Assembly (NCBI GenBank): GCA_000002435.2
Contig: CM018790.1
Length of the DNA: 64,000 bases
Strand: one strand, 5' to 3'
Origin: Giardia intestinalis
Lineage: Eukaryota
Part shown: positions 10,424 through 22,300 of the stretch, piece after piece
How positions within the stretch are numbered: the first letter of the stretch is position 1
Layout: each line of letters begins with the position of its first letter
Position numbers and translations under genes: made by a program
Notes under the pieces: model-generated
The model's input: the letters and a program-made list of their open reading frames with translations, nothing else
The model's database searches: none
Told to the model about the DNA's origin: nothing

Positions 10424-12094
10424 ATGATAGAGAGCGCAGCCTCAGACGCTGACCATTTACTCCATAACGCTGACCCTGAGAGTCTGCCTTCTGAAGACAC
10501 ACCTCAGGACACATGCCAAACTTGCGATCAGATTGAGGTGGTGTCCATTCAGGAGTCTACCGGGGAGGCCCTACCGAAGGAACGGTGCTGTATGCGGTGT
10601 AGGAACAAGTATAAGCCTGGAAAAGCGTCTTTTCTCTCCCAATTTCCGTATCTCATCTCTATATTTGCGTCCATCGGTTATGACCAGCAGGTCATGGCCC
10701 TGGCTCTTCCTCAGCTCAGCTCAGTCTATGGGACTACCTCCAGCCAGATGCAATGGATCATCACATCCTTCTACATCGCAAACGCAGCCACATCCGTCCT
10801 TAATGGCCATGTGGGGAATATGGTTGGCCCCATCATATACACCCGCATACTCTCCATCGCTGCAGTCTGCCTTTACATAGCATCCATCTTCATGCCAAGA
10901 TTGGAACTGATAATACTTCTTAGGATCTTCTCAGGGTACAGTGCATCGGGACTTGTGGCCTGCAAGAACGCCCTCACCAAGTCGCTCAGTCCACCAGACA
11001 AACTTCAGAAGTACCTCATGTGGCAGATGACTGCGGTGAATATTATCGCTGTCATTATCCCGTTCATTGGAGGGGAGCTTGTTGACTATATGGGATGGCA
11101 GAGCATCTTTGTCGTCTGTGCTGTCCTGAACCTGTGCACAGTCATTAATAGCTTCATAATACCAAACCCGTACAAGACAAAGCTCAAGGTTCGCTTCGAC
11201 TATGGTGGCACGATTCTGTTAACTATTGCCGTGACCTCCTTTTGTCTTCTCTTCAGTTTCCTGGCCATGAATGCCTTCATTCTGACCGCTATATTTGCAA
11301 TTATGACTATAGTATTTTCCATATTCTTCTATCTAATCGAACGGAAAGTTCCTTATCCGCTCATACTATTCAAAGCACTGCAGAATCCAATTGGGGCCAT
11401 GTATTTTGTTTACGTTATGCTAAACGTGATATCTTCTGGTTATACTATTCTATTGCCGTATGTCTTTACGAAAAAGTATGGACTCAGCAGCCTTTCCATA
11501 GGAATGATTAGTGGTTCCTCCTGCGTTTTGCGAATAGTAGCGTCTGCAGTCACGCCGCTGATAGATTCTAGGGTTGTCAGGCGCCATATAATTGGATTTG
11601 CATTCCTGGGGTCGTCTGTTGTTACTGCACTGGGTGCATGCTTCTTGGGAGTGCACATTTCGCTGGCAATCATCATGCAAATGATACAAACGTTTCTTCT
11701 GGGGGTTGCCGGCACGCTCCTGTTCCCGATGGTTCTTACTACTGCGCCACAGAAGTACTCTGCTTTGATGAATGGGCTTCCCACCATGTCCAGAACCATG
11801 GGGTCTTCCATCGGGAATTCATTGTTCACTGCAATCCAGAATTTTATTTTGCTGATTGACTATGGTCAGGCAGAGATGTCTGGCCCTGACGACCCGTACT
11901 ATATTAAGTCATATGTGTACGGATGCCAGGTTAGCTTCTTCGTCGTGACTGGATTGGCCATCATGGCAGGTATCATATCTATCCTGAGAATACGTAACTC
12001 TATAGAGGAGAAGAACAAATACCTATTCAAAGCAACTCAAATTCCATTACCGTATGACGAGGACGAAGTAGATGATAAAGAAGATAAAATCTAA
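10424..12094 (+). CDS. Polytopic membrane transporter, MFS-like (556 aa).
   Basis: True ATG at 10424. About 12 hydrophobic segments follow an ~85-aa cytosolic N-terminus that carries a Cys cluster (CQTC...CCMRC). Acidic C-terminal tail. The topology is consistent with a major-facilitator transporter. Confidence 0.55.
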   Translation: MIESAASDADHLLHNADPESLPSEDTPQDTCQTCDQIEVVSIQESTGEALPKERCCMRCRNKYKPGKASFLSQFPYLISIFASIGYDQQVMALALPQLSSVYGTTSSQMQWIITSFYIANAATSVLNGHVGNMVGPIIYTRILSIAAVCLYIASIFMPRLELIILLRIFSGYSASGLVACKNALTKSLSPPDKLQKYLMWQMTAVNIIAVIIPFIGGELVDYMGWQSIFVVCAVLNLCTVINSFIIPNPYKTKLKVRFDYGGTILLTIAVTSFCLLFSFLAMNAFILTAIFAIMTIVFSIFFYLIERKVPYPLILFKALQNPIGAMYFVYVMLNVISSGYTILLPYVFTKKYGLSSLSIGMISGSSCVLRIVASAVTPLIDSRVVRRHIIGFAFLGSSVVTALGACFLGVHISLAIIMQMIQTFLLGVAGTLLFPMVLTTAPQKYSALMNGLPTMSRTMGSSIGNSLFTAIQNFILLIDYGQAEMSGPDDPYYIKSYVYGCQVSFFVVTGLAIMAGIISILRIRNSIEEKNKYLFKATQIPLPYDEDEVDDKEDKI

Positions 12095-12113
12095 AGTGTG
12101 GATGCTCTTTCTG

Positions 12114-15100
12114 TTACAAAATCATGTCTAACATGTCCCTGATGTTCTTTGACTTCGCCCAATCCTTAACTGTTTTCCCATTAGCTTGAACAATCTTCCC
12201 TTCTATTGGCAATAACAGCTCTACGATCGGTCCCGAGCCAACATAAGCAGCAGCCATTAATGCAGTAAAGCCAGCACCGTGGACATGGGTCTTATTTGTA
12301 GTCATTCCCGCTTCACCAGTAAGAAGTTCTGCAACTTCAACTTGACCGGCAAATGCCGCCCATATGAGCGCGGTGACACCACTAGTGTCTACACACTTCA
12401 ATTCTGCTTCTCGCAACAACTTAATGGCTTCTAGATGAGACTTTCCCGAGTTATTCTGAACAGCAATCATGAGCGCCGTTTGGCCATTTGAATCCAGAAA
12501 CCTTGCTTCCTTGGGTATGAGATCCTTAATCATGTTAGTGTGTGCATACCTGGAGGCTATCATGAGTGCTGTATGCCCCTCATCATCGGCAAGGCCACCT
12601 TCGTATGGAACAAGGGCTCTTACACAAGAGTCGTGACCTTTTGCAGCTGCTATCATGAGAGCTGTTCCGTTGCTCAACTCATAGAATGTGCGCAAGGAGT
12701 ACTTGGCGAGACGGATCTTCGCCTCTGTTGCTCGGAGAACCATCACCATGTCTTGATTCCCCATCTCAGCAGCATACATAAGAGCAGTCATTCCCAAGTC
12801 GTCAACGAAACCAGAATGCTCTTGAAGATACCGTTTGAGACCTGGGAGGTCCCCCATTTTGACGGCCTCGATCAGTGGGGTTGAATTGGCCATGCCGCGA
12901 GGTCTCATAATGGGCGAATCTGTTGGTGAAATGGTGCACGGTGAAGTATCCGTGTAGCGGGCAGAGGGCTGTTGCACAGGGTGGGTAAAGAGCATCTCAA
13001 CAGTCAGGTCTTGAGTAGAAGTAGTGTTCCTGTGCTGTTTCTGTGTTAATTGCGGGGTTTCATCATTCATAGATGAATTGGTAGACAAAGGTATACCATG
13101 AAAGATAGAGTCGGACTCATCGGCCGGGCCAGGGCATGACGGAGACCCTCTGTCGGTTATCTTAAGGGATAGCTTGCGTTCAGGGCTTCCTTTCTGGAGA
13201 TGCTTTTCGTAGGGACGAATAATTCCGGCCACAGCATAGTTGCTATGGCTCATGGCAATTTCATAAGCGGTCTGGTCGTCATCGTTAACGAGACCTGCTT
13301 CATACTTAACTAAAAGAGTGGCAAAATTTGGCCGATTGAGCTTTGCAGCGTACATCAATGCAGTACATCCGTTTCTATCTCCACGGCCGTGCTGTTGTTC
13401 AATGAGGTTCTTTCCCATTTCAAATTCATCATTCTCCACGCAAATCATGAGCTCCGACTTGCCCGTAGCCAATGGAGAGTGGCTCTTCATGTTCGCAGAG
13501 TTGGAGCGAGATCTACGCGACGCTTTAACTCGTTCTTTGGTCAATCCATCTGTCCTTTTGCTCGAAGACAGGATCTCATCTGAATAAGGTTTGTCTTCTG
13601 GATTTTTCAGCGTGGCAGACACAGATCTAAGCTTCAAATTGCTCCCAGCGCGAACTGGCTGATGGCTTAATGCCTGCGATACATTTTGACTACTGGGATC
13701 AGTGTGGTGATGAGGTGTGGTCGCATTTTCTTTAGTCAGTACTAGAGTAGAAGAGACCCGTTTATACGGAGGCTTGCGTGGACTAGTTGGTATTACCGTA
13801 GCAACAGTGTTTTCAGATTGTGGAACTGTATCGTGATTAGTAACAACTGGCGCTTCTTCCAAGATCTGCTTTGGCTGTGCTGGGATGATAATTGGGTGAG
13901 CTGGTTCAGACTTACCGGGTGACAGTCTTGGGGCTTGTGGAGAAGGAGGTGCATCGTAAACAGAAAGGGATACCGACGGAGGGATTCCTCCATCCTTGTT
14001 ACTCTTGGTCTGAGATAGTAATTGCGTTTTCTCAGAGCTCGCCTTTTGATTGGCCATCTGCTCTGCTTTGTAGAAATTTATTATATCTTGTATCTGTCTC
14101 GATTTTGGTGCAGGCTTAGATCCTAGGCTGTTCTGCGATAAGACAGATACTGTCTCCACTTTGTTGCGTGGAGGGGAGTGCGTTAGCTGATTAGGTCTCA
14201 ATTCAAGCAAATAGGTGAGTACTTTGGTTGCGTTCTTCTGCTTGGCCAAATCTTCAATCGACAGGCCGGAATGCATTTTCAGATCCTTTTCCTGATAATA
14301 TAAAATCTGGAAAGCGTCTAGAGAATCATGTTCAGCTGCATGATGGAGTGCAGTCCGACCCTCATTGTCTTGCATCCTCACCTCTACAGAAGAAAGTAAA
14401 TGTACAAGCTCTCGTGAATTAAACTTTGCTGCAATCATCAGGGCTGTTGTGCCATCTAAAAGACGTGCCTTCGCCTCTGTATGAAGAAATCTCCGTGCAG
14501 TAGCCAGGTTATTTTCTTGCGCTGCTCTCATTAAGTTTGTCTCCCCGGAAACATTCTTTTTCACATCTCTAATGCTGCTACTGGAGTCTTGTTCACCATC
14601 GCTTGGTGGAACATCCAATAGACGTGGTATAGAATCTAGATCCTCTTTCAGATCAGAAAGACTATCATGCCAGTGTCCCATTGGGGTTACTGGAAATACC
14701 CTAGTCTGTGGATCTTCCTCGCGCATCAGTCGATGCTGCTGACTCGGTGTTTTGCGGAGTGGGGATGTCTTAAGAGGAGTTTCAGCTCCTTCGTCAGGCA
14801 ATACAGGCCAAGAAGGAGTGTTGTCTAACTCCATGTAACGTTTCCCGAAGAATCTGTTGCTTTTTGAAGAGGCTCTGCTTACGGATTTGCGCTTGGTACT
14901 CCCCGGAGTCGCAGGAGGCACAGCTGTGCTGTCACCATATTCTGGGTCATCGTTTCCACCCATGACTCCTTTTTCTTTGTGACTGAATACATTATGATTT
15001 ACCGATGAAGGAATAGCAAAGGATTTGCTTCTTGCATTTTGCCGCTCCTTCAATTGATTATATTCTGCACTTAGAAGTTGAAAGTTGGCATTGAGTTCTT

Positions 15101-16097
15101 GAAACTGAGTATACCTGTTAGCCAGAGGTGTAAGGGTGGGGTGCTGATGCGGCTGCGTGAGCGTGGCAGGTGCATAAGACTGGTAATAGGGGTTGAGCGA
15201 CAAATTCAGTTGGGGTGGGCGGGTCAGACTAGAAGATGCACGAGTAGGATCTTCATATTGAATAGTAGGCTGTCCTGTTGGCATGAAGGATTGCTCTGGG
15301 TTCGATTGGAAGCTTGGGGGCTGATGTGTATGCAGTGAGTGACTACCGAGAGCTTGCTGTGAAGAATAAGGCTCAAGGGGTACGTCTATTACAGATGTGG
15401 ACACAGAAGAAAGATTTGGCATGGTTCTTTGAGTCAGACTCTGCGTTTGATAGAACGTGTTCACCAGTCTATTCAAGTAAGCAAGAAGCTCTGTTTGCAT
15501 AGCAAGTTTGGCAGCCAACGCCTTGCAATTGTTGCATGTTTCTGCAGAGGAGTTCCGTGCATACCGTTCTAAGATTTGAATAACGCTAGTATAGGAGTTA
15601 TCTCTTGCAATAGAAAGGGCTATGGATAGATCATGTTCATTGGGGTTCTGCGCATCCAGTAAGAGTTGAAGAAGATCAGTGTCTTGGGTTAAGACAGCCA
15701 AATCAAGAGCAGAGAATCCAGCAACGTCTCTCTCGTTTCCAAAATATGGCAGCAACACGACAACGGTATCGATGTTACCCATCTCGACAGCCACCATCAG
15801 CATAGTCCTGTTCTGCTCCGTGAGAATGTGCCGCTCACGAGAGGCAAGAATGTAGCATAGTTCTGCGTGTCCGGCTGCCACGGCCATATACAAAGCCGTT
15901 CTGCCGGTGGCGGAAACCATACCTGCTTCATAGGATGCAAGCAGCTGTACCATGTGGGGGTCATTCTCAAGTACTGCACACATTAGTCCCGTATTTCCAT
16001 AGTTGTCCCGCATGCCACTGCAACCCTTTGCATAGGTAGCTACCACGCTGTATTCCCGGGAGTGAATGGCCTGAAACCACTCTTCGCGCGAAGTCAT
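12114..16097 (-). CDS. Ankyrin-repeat protein, 'Protein 21.1' family (1327 aa).
   Basis: True ATG at 16095-16097. Ankyrin repeats (GxTALMxAA..GH..V..L) lie at both the N-terminus and the C-terminal ~400 aa, separated by a long Ser/Pro/Gln-rich low-complexity linker. Confidence 0.8.
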   Translation of the reverse strand: MTSREEWFQAIHSREYSVVATYAKGCSGMRDNYGNTGLMCAVLENDPHMVQLLASYEAGMVSATGRTALYMAVAAGHAELCYILASRERHILTEQNRTMLMVAVEMGNIDTVVVLLPYFGNERDVAGFSALDLAVLTQDTDLLQLLLDAQNPNEHDLSIALSIARDNSYTSVIQILERYARNSSAETCNNCKALAAKLAMQTELLAYLNRLVNTFYQTQSLTQRTMPNLSSVSTSVIDVPLEPYSSQQALGSHSLHTHQPPSFQSNPEQSFMPTGQPTIQYEDPTRASSSLTRPPQLNLSLNPYYQSYAPATLTQPHQHPTLTPLANRYTQFQELNANFQLLSAEYNQLKERQNARSKSFAIPSSVNHNVFSHKEKGVMGGNDDPEYGDSTAVPPATPGSTKRKSVSRASSKSNRFFGKRYMELDNTPSWPVLPDEGAETPLKTSPLRKTPSQQHRLMREEDPQTRVFPVTPMGHWHDSLSDLKEDLDSIPRLLDVPPSDGEQDSSSSIRDVKKNVSGETNLMRAAQENNLATARRFLHTEAKARLLDGTTALMIAAKFNSRELVHLLSSVEVRMQDNEGRTALHHAAEHDSLDAFQILYYQEKDLKMHSGLSIEDLAKQKNATKVLTYLLELRPNQLTHSPPRNKVETVSVLSQNSLGSKPAPKSRQIQDIINFYKAEQMANQKASSEKTQLLSQTKSNKDGGIPPSVSLSVYDAPPSPQAPRLSPGKSEPAHPIIIPAQPKQILEEAPVVTNHDTVPQSENTVATVIPTSPRKPPYKRVSSTLVLTKENATTPHHHTDPSSQNVSQALSHQPVRAGSNLKLRSVSATLKNPEDKPYSDEILSSSKRTDGLTKERVKASRRSRSNSANMKSHSPLATGKSELMICVENDEFEMGKNLIEQQHGRGDRNGCTALMYAAKLNRPNFATLLVKYEAGLVNDDDQTAYEIAMSHSNYAVAGIIRPYEKHLQKGSPERKLSLKITDRGSPSCPGPADESDSIFHGIPLSTNSSMNDETPQLTQKQHRNTTSTQDLTVEMLFTHPVQQPSARYTDTSPCTISPTDSPIMRPRGMANSTPLIEAVKMGDLPGLKRYLQEHSGFVDDLGMTALMYAAEMGNQDMVMVLRATEAKIRLAKYSLRTFYELSNGTALMIAAAKGHDSCVRALVPYEGGLADDEGHTALMIASRYAHTNMIKDLIPKEARFLDSNGQTALMIAVQNNSGKSHLEAIKLLREAELKCVDTSGVTALIWAAFAGQVEVAELLTGEAGMTTNKTHVHGAGFTALMAAAYVGSGPIVELLLPIEGKIVQANGKTVKDWAKSKNIRDMLDMIL

Positions 16098-16156
16098 GCC
16101 GCCAAGCTCTTGTGCACCTTAAGCTTTTTGCTTTGCAGAACCTTTGGATGGATCAT

Positions 16157-19105
16157 TCACTTTTCAACCCTTGGTGGGCGTGCCAGTAGGGCAGAGATGG
16201 TTTTTCCAGTAAAGTGGGATAGACACGGATTGCTGGCGGGGGTGATTTGATCAATCGTGATGGTTTTTCGTCGACCCTTCTTGTCTAGCGCATTCCGCGG
16301 TGATGATTGCACAGCAGATATCACTTTAGGGACAGGCCTCGGAGGCGTTTGAGGAAGAGCCTCCACAACGTACTTCTCAAGGTCTATGTGATGCGATCTT
16401 GAATGATGTCGAATAGGCATAGGAGCGATAGCATTTTCCACGTATTCAGAGGCTACTTCAGAGAGTACTGTTGTTCTATCAGGCTCTGCATTACAATATT
16501 GAAAGAGATCAATCTGGTTTGCTGACAATAGCTGAGGTACAGGGGAGAACACTTCAATAGTGTCTGCAGCACCCCGTGGTGTGAAGGAGGCCTGGTAGGT
16601 TACCATATCAAGGTAGGCAGGAGCTGGGACAGCTTCTCTATCCGGGAGTAAACCAATGCTAACCGCTTTAGGGTCTTTGTGCTCACCACTTGCTTTTGAG
16701 TTCGCCCCCTTTGCTGATGGTATTGTAGTGAGAGATTCATTTGCTGGATTGGATCCATTTCGGTCAAGTATGGCAGTAACTAGACCGATATTTGTACAAA
16801 TAGACTCGGCCTGTTGCAGTTCCTTATCAGTAATATAATCTAACACAACTTTTCCTGTCAAAAGGTTTTGCTGGGGCAGTATGGTCGTTGAGATTTCAAA
16901 TGCTGGCTTTCCTGGTTCGACCAATTCTCTGGCTGCTTTGGCAGCTTTGTTCTCCGTCCCTTGAACACCTCTGGTACGGCTAGTCCCGACTGGGAGAACG
17001 GGAGTGGATTGTGGCCTTAAGACTGGAGTCAAAGGGGCAGATAAGCATCCGTTCCTTTGTTCTATCTCAGACTTAGCTGCAGACACCACTTGCTTCTCGA
17101 CAGTCTTCTTCTTGCATGAATTAAATTTGCAAGAGTCAGGGTTTAAACTTTCTGCGGACAAATCTGTAATATCAATCGGAGTGAATTTTATACTGGGCTT
17201 TTCTGAAAGAGTTTCGAGATCATAATCCTGCGTGGTACTCTGTAATGTCTTGGCCAATCTCCTGCACCTTTTGCTAAAAGGTTTGAGAGACTCTCCTGAA
17301 CGTTCATTCACGGCACGAATTGTCGAGCCAAGCATAAATCTACTAAGAACGCTTGTGTTCTTAACACGTTCAACCTCCCCATTGTAAATTCCACTGAGGC
17401 CAGTGGAGTACGGAGCACCATTTATTGCTTGCTGAATGGTGTCCCGATGACCCTCAACACATGCCTTCAGGTCGGCCTCATCGATGATCTTGCGTGTCTG
17501 GTATGTCGGCTTGGGATCTCTGCATTCCTGGCAAGTAGAAGCGTGATGGGTCCAAAGGGTATCAAGCGGGGCCATGGCCTGCCCAAGGACGGTATCTGCT
17601 AATGATGTTGCTAGCTCTGCAGGAGAAGGGCAAACATGGAGTCCAGAAAGATCCATGGATCGTATTGGAGCAGTAGAGGCAATGACTGGGCTCTTGGGTA
17701 CGGTGATGTGTTTTGATGCACCGGGGTTCTTTCGGGACTGAACGGCTTCTTGAAATGCCTTCATCAGTGAGTCCTTAGTTTCTGCAACACAGCTATCGAA
17801 GCTATCCTCACTTACCGAACGTGTGTGATGTGTAAGCGCGTGAAGAGCTGCCTCAGAGGCGGGATGGGTATTAATAATAGACCTAACTGCATCCCCAGGC
17901 CCAACCTTCGATATAGTACCAAAGCTTATGTGATGCTTATCGTGATGTTTGCTGGTGAAAAGCGACACTAATTGCAAACCGTACATGTCAGAGACATATT
18001 CCGCCAGACTAGTCTCCTCAATTATCTTCTTCCGTGACAGTGCCTGCATGCCGGCCTCGGCAGCCTTTCGCGATGCCTTTTTATCATACGTTGACAATAA
18101 CGCCCAGACAGTATCGGTAAAAGTGTTCTCCTTCATGAGGCCTGTAAATGAGTGAATAGCTGTCTGTGTGTCCCAGGCCCATGGGAAGGCAAAGGAGTAG
18201 AGATCCAGGAGATACTCAGTGTTTTCCATGCAGACTTTAACTGCATTGGGGCTGCCACCAATAGAAAGATACCTGTCAAGAAGCACCTGGTACAGTCCAG
18301 TTGGATCGAAGATTACATTAGATATGACCAGTTTGTGGAACTCGCCAAGCACGTGGTTTAGAATGCTTCGAATGTCGCAGTTCACCACTATGGGAAGCTT
18401 CACACACCTATCAACGGCAATCTTACAGAGGGACACAAACACCCTCAACAGCAAGTGATACTTCCGAAGTTCTGCTGGTGACATGCTGGTCAAACTAGGG
18501 ATCCTAGTAATGACACGGGGAGGGATACCAGCTCGGAGCTGAGCACAAACCGCGGGGGTGGCTATCTCTGCTGCAGTCTGCGAGTGGTATGACAGGGCCA
18601 GTGAAATAAGATTGATCCCCTCAACTATATTACCGTAGTATGCAATGGTAGCTGCTCGTAAAGCCAATGCCTCTGCTGGGTGTGTGGCGCAACTGTCATT
18701 ACATAAAGTAATCTTATTATAGTTCAAGAGGGGATCAGAGACCAGACAGAGAAGATGGCTTGTTGCGGAATTTGAATCGTTGCGCTGAATTGCCAAGTAG
18801 CTAAGTCTTTGGAGTGATAGGTGTGTAGGGAGTATCCGGATGGACTGTTCTAAAGCAAGGGATGCCGACAACAAATCATTGTTCAGCCAATGATATAATC
18901 CTAAGTCTCCATACAGGCACGCTTTAAGAACGCGATAATATGTCCGAAAATATAGTCGATGCACCTCGGGCTCTGCGTGAAACCACTTGTCCATGAGGGG
19001 CAAGAGCTTATTAAGTGATTCTATTGCGTCAGAATACCGTTTTTCTCGCCCACTCTGCACTACTTTGACCAAGCTATCATTCAATTTAGCCTCCAGAACA
19101 CTCAT
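16157..19105 (-). CDS. Hypothetical protein (~982 aa) with a helical/TPR-like N-terminal region.
   Basis: The listed start at 19132 is TTG; the first in-frame ATG is at 19103-19105. Continuous 2.9-kb ORF. No domain recognised. Confidence 0.5.
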   Translation of the reverse strand: MSVLEAKLNDSLVKVVQSGREKRYSDAIESLNKLLPLMDKWFHAEPEVHRLYFRTYYRVLKACLYGDLGLYHWLNNDLLSASLALEQSIRILPTHLSLQRLSYLAIQRNDSNSATSHLLCLVSDPLLNYNKITLCNDSCATHPAEALALRAATIAYYGNIVEGINLISLALSYHSQTAAEIATPAVCAQLRAGIPPRVITRIPSLTSMSPAELRKYHLLLRVFVSLCKIAVDRCVKLPIVVNCDIRSILNHVLGEFHKLVISNVIFDPTGLYQVLLDRYLSIGGSPNAVKVCMENTEYLLDLYSFAFPWAWDTQTAIHSFTGLMKENTFTDTVWALLSTYDKKASRKAAEAGMQALSRKKIIEETSLAEYVSDMYGLQLVSLFTSKHHDKHHISFGTISKVGPGDAVRSIINTHPASEAALHALTHHTRSVSEDSFDSCVAETKDSLMKAFQEAVQSRKNPGASKHITVPKSPVIASTAPIRSMDLSGLHVCPSPAELATSLADTVLGQAMAPLDTLWTHHASTCQECRDPKPTYQTRKIIDEADLKACVEGHRDTIQQAINGAPYSTGLSGIYNGEVERVKNTSVLSRFMLGSTIRAVNERSGESLKPFSKRCRRLAKTLQSTTQDYDLETLSEKPSIKFTPIDITDLSAESLNPDSCKFNSCKKKTVEKQVVSAAKSEIEQRNGCLSAPLTPVLRPQSTPVLPVGTSRTRGVQGTENKAAKAARELVEPGKPAFEISTTILPQQNLLTGKVVLDYITDKELQQAESICTNIGLVTAILDRNGSNPANESLTTIPSAKGANSKASGEHKDPKAVSIGLLPDREAVPAPAYLDMVTYQASFTPRGAADTIEVFSPVPQLLSANQIDLFQYCNAEPDRTTVLSEVASEYVENAIAPMPIRHHSRSHHIDLEKYVVEALPQTPPRPVPKVISAVQSSPRNALDKKGRRKTITIDQITPASNPCLSHFTGKTISALLARPPRVEK

Positions 19106-19329
19106 GACATAAGGGTTTAAGTCTATGGACAACAGAACGTTAGACCACGATCAAAACGATAATTCAATTTTTGGTCGTCCCCAAGGAGCCTTTCCTGCGC
19201 GCCAGAAGTTACTGCTTGGCATTTATATAGTAGTATAACATTCATTAGCAAGATAATGTGGTAACAGGGGCAATACTACCGTTAAAAATTCTTAAAACTC
19301 TAAGCCGTAGGTGTGGGGCACACACTTGC

Positions 19330-22300
19330 ATGGCGCCTCTATCACATATATATACTGATATCAGTACGCTATCTAGTACTCCAGCGGTTGTCTTTTTCAA
19401 AGCTAACAGACGAGCAGATGCTGCACCGGTTTTGATTAAACTGTTTCGGACCCAAGAGGACTCCGACAGCTCCGCCAGAATAAAGACAATAGTTTCCTTC
19501 ACTGAACTACTGACAGTTACATCTGTGGCTTTGGGCACGATCTCTGCTATTCGAGAAGTAGACTCTGGTTTGCTGATAGAGTATGCTCTGCCACCACACG
19601 CCACAATCCAAGCTTTGCCTGAATATTTGCTGTCAAAAAGGGCTCTGACAGCTCGTGAAAGTGGGCAAAAAGCGAGTGTCTCAAGGCCATCAAGCAAGTT
19701 GAGCAATCGACCTTCTAGTACCCGTAATCTTGAGCATAGCATGTCTACCCCAAACATTTCAGATTTCCCTGGAACTGAAACTTGGTGCACAACTCCACGA
19801 TTTAGCAGGAGAGCTTATAGGTCAAGGTCCAATAAGTCCCAGAGTAAAGTAACAACAGCAACAGCAGCACCAGAATGGAAAGTAATTGCTGCAACAATCG
19901 ATAGGTGGCAAGAGCGGATTGTTTGGCAGATAGTTGCGCAGCTTGTTCAAGGATTGGCAGACTTTTACAAGGCTCCTGAGTCTCTTAGAGCAGGCCTCAC
20001 ACCAACCATCTGTCCAGAGGCAATCTTTGTTGTTCACGACTCATGCGCACCATTGCGACCAGAGATAGTAATCTTAGCATGCATCTTAGATACGCATACA
20101 CCAGTCTCCAATACAGTATACAAAGCGCCAGAACTGTTTAGAGGCGCAACTAAGGGGCCTGCTGCTGACATTTGGGCGCTTGGGTGTCTTGCATTTGAAG
20201 TTGTGGCACAGCGAAAACCAAGATTTAATTCTGCTAAGCTGGTCAAAGATCCAGTATTGCAGAATATAGACTGCTCGCCTAGTTTACTCGAGTTTATAAC
20301 CTCCTGCTGTCGATTTAGTCCCCACGAAAGACCATCTCTCGTAGAGCTTATGAAGTCCAAGATAATTCATGCAGTCATGACCTATATGTTTGGTATAGCA
20401 CAGACTAAGAGCGAGCTAACTCTGGTCAAGCAGTTAGACCTGACCAAAATCAATATGCGACGTCTATCTAAGAGTAAAGGCTTCAGACCAACACGTTCTG
20501 AAGTTCCAGTGTCACTTACAAATCGGTCAGAGAGCTCCGATAGCCTTTCCATTACTGACATTTTGGATCTCTGTGTACGGTCACCAGACACAGGCATGCA
20601 TCAATTGCCTTTAATATGCTATGATGTTGCGGCAAGATCAGGTGTTCTTGGCCAGCAGTGCGTTACGTGGGAGTATGATAACCCGTGCTTTTCGGCTGAC
20701 ATGAACGAGTGTATTAGCAGACGGAAACTTCTATCATTTCTTCTGCTTCCCAATGCTGCCGATCTCATCGGCAAGGAGGCTCTAAACTTGCTGCCTTTTC
20801 TGACGTCCTTCGAAGCCATAAAGCAGCTGTGTGACTTGTCCTTTGATGGTATTGCAATGGAGTCGGATAAGGAGTTCACCAGACAAGAGGAAGCACAGCT
20901 CTTAAACAATCTAGATACGATCTGGGCCACTATTCTCAATGTGCCATACATCCCTGGTTTCTTACTTCAGGACGACTACTTTGTTGATCGTATTACTAAC
21001 GAGCTCGGTGCCTGTGCAGCCTGGGTCACGGAAAACAATAATTCTATCATCAGCATTAAGACAGAGCTTTGCTGTATTTACACTGTGCTATCTAGTCTTT
21101 ACTTTACTGCCCCTCAAGAGTTCTGTGCATGTTTCCTGACTAATAACAATCGCTTTAATTGTATTTTGAGTACTGCCTTCGATCAACACATCAGTAAGCT
21201 ACTTACATCAATTTTGACTGAGGGACATGTGCCACCCTTTGTTATCACCGAGGCACATCAGCTTTTTAGCCATAGTGTGCTACAGCTGACATCCCGTCTG
21301 GATTCTTCTGACTCAGTTATTCCTAGTGGTCATGTTTTTCTGCTTATTAATCTGAGTGGGGTACTGCTTTCTGCAGCTACTAAACAGACTCGCCCAATCA
21401 TAGATCCCCCTGAGCTGATGCCAATTGTATCAGCGATTAGGTCTCTCATCTCAAGAGGAATCCAGTTCAAGATCCTTGTACAGCACTTTATCACCCAGCT
21501 ATTATTGATTCTATCACTCTCTTTGATGCATGAGCTGAATAATAATGTATATTCGCCAACCAGTCCTGCTGGTGCAACTCTGACAAAGCTGTTTTCATGC
21601 GTCATTAAGTGTTTTGAGGACCTTCCGAAAAGAGAATGTGCATACCACCAACACAGTTCTTCCCATGATACTATACACCTAATCATGGTCCTCAGTTTGA
21701 CTTGCCAAGTCTTTATGCTGCTTACATATATCCAGCGACAACACCTTAAAAGCCTAGGACTAGACGTTTGCTCTGACGTCTTTGCACAAGATAATCTGTT
21801 GAAGAACAGTGCCTCTTCTTCAGAAGAAATGCAGCAACCGTCTATGTCCGATTGCATCACTGAATACATAGGACAGACGGCACACATAGGACTAAGAGCC
21901 CCTGAGTCTTGGAGCCAAGCAAAGATCAACTTTATCAAAGCCTTTGTGCCACTGAAAGAGCAATTTATCCGCTTTGGTCAGGAGCTGGTTCCATACCTTG
22001 CACAACTGACCCTGGACAAAGAGCTTTCCGCAGTAACTATTGTGCAGTTCTTTTTATGCAGATTGAGGAATATTCTTTTAGATTTGGAATCGCGGTCCTC
22101 TTCGTCATTGGGCCGAATCCTCACCGAATCGTCGTTCTTTTCTAAGGTGCAGCATTATCTAATTCTTCTCGCCCAGAAAGACGGCAGAAGGCCTCTCCAT
22201 GTCACTGCATTTCGACAAGAATACCCAGAAGTGGTGTACCTTCTGGCGACAGCCAAGCGGCTCCTTTACCTTGCACTAGGCAAGCGGGATTCTGAGGTTT

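Noticed and set aside
12540-15502. Several 60-115-aa ORFs antisense to the large ankyrin gene, and similar internal or antisense ORFs inside every large gene.
   Set aside because: Each lies wholly within a much longer, domain-supported ORF on the opposite strand or in another frame. They have no independent support.
19245-19790. 181-aa minus-strand ORF overlapping the 5' end of the kinase-like gene.
   Set aside because: The listed start is GTG. There is no convincing ATG with an AT-rich context and no recognisable domain. It is most likely an antisense shadow of the plus-strand gene, though the plus-strand 5' boundary is itself uncertain.
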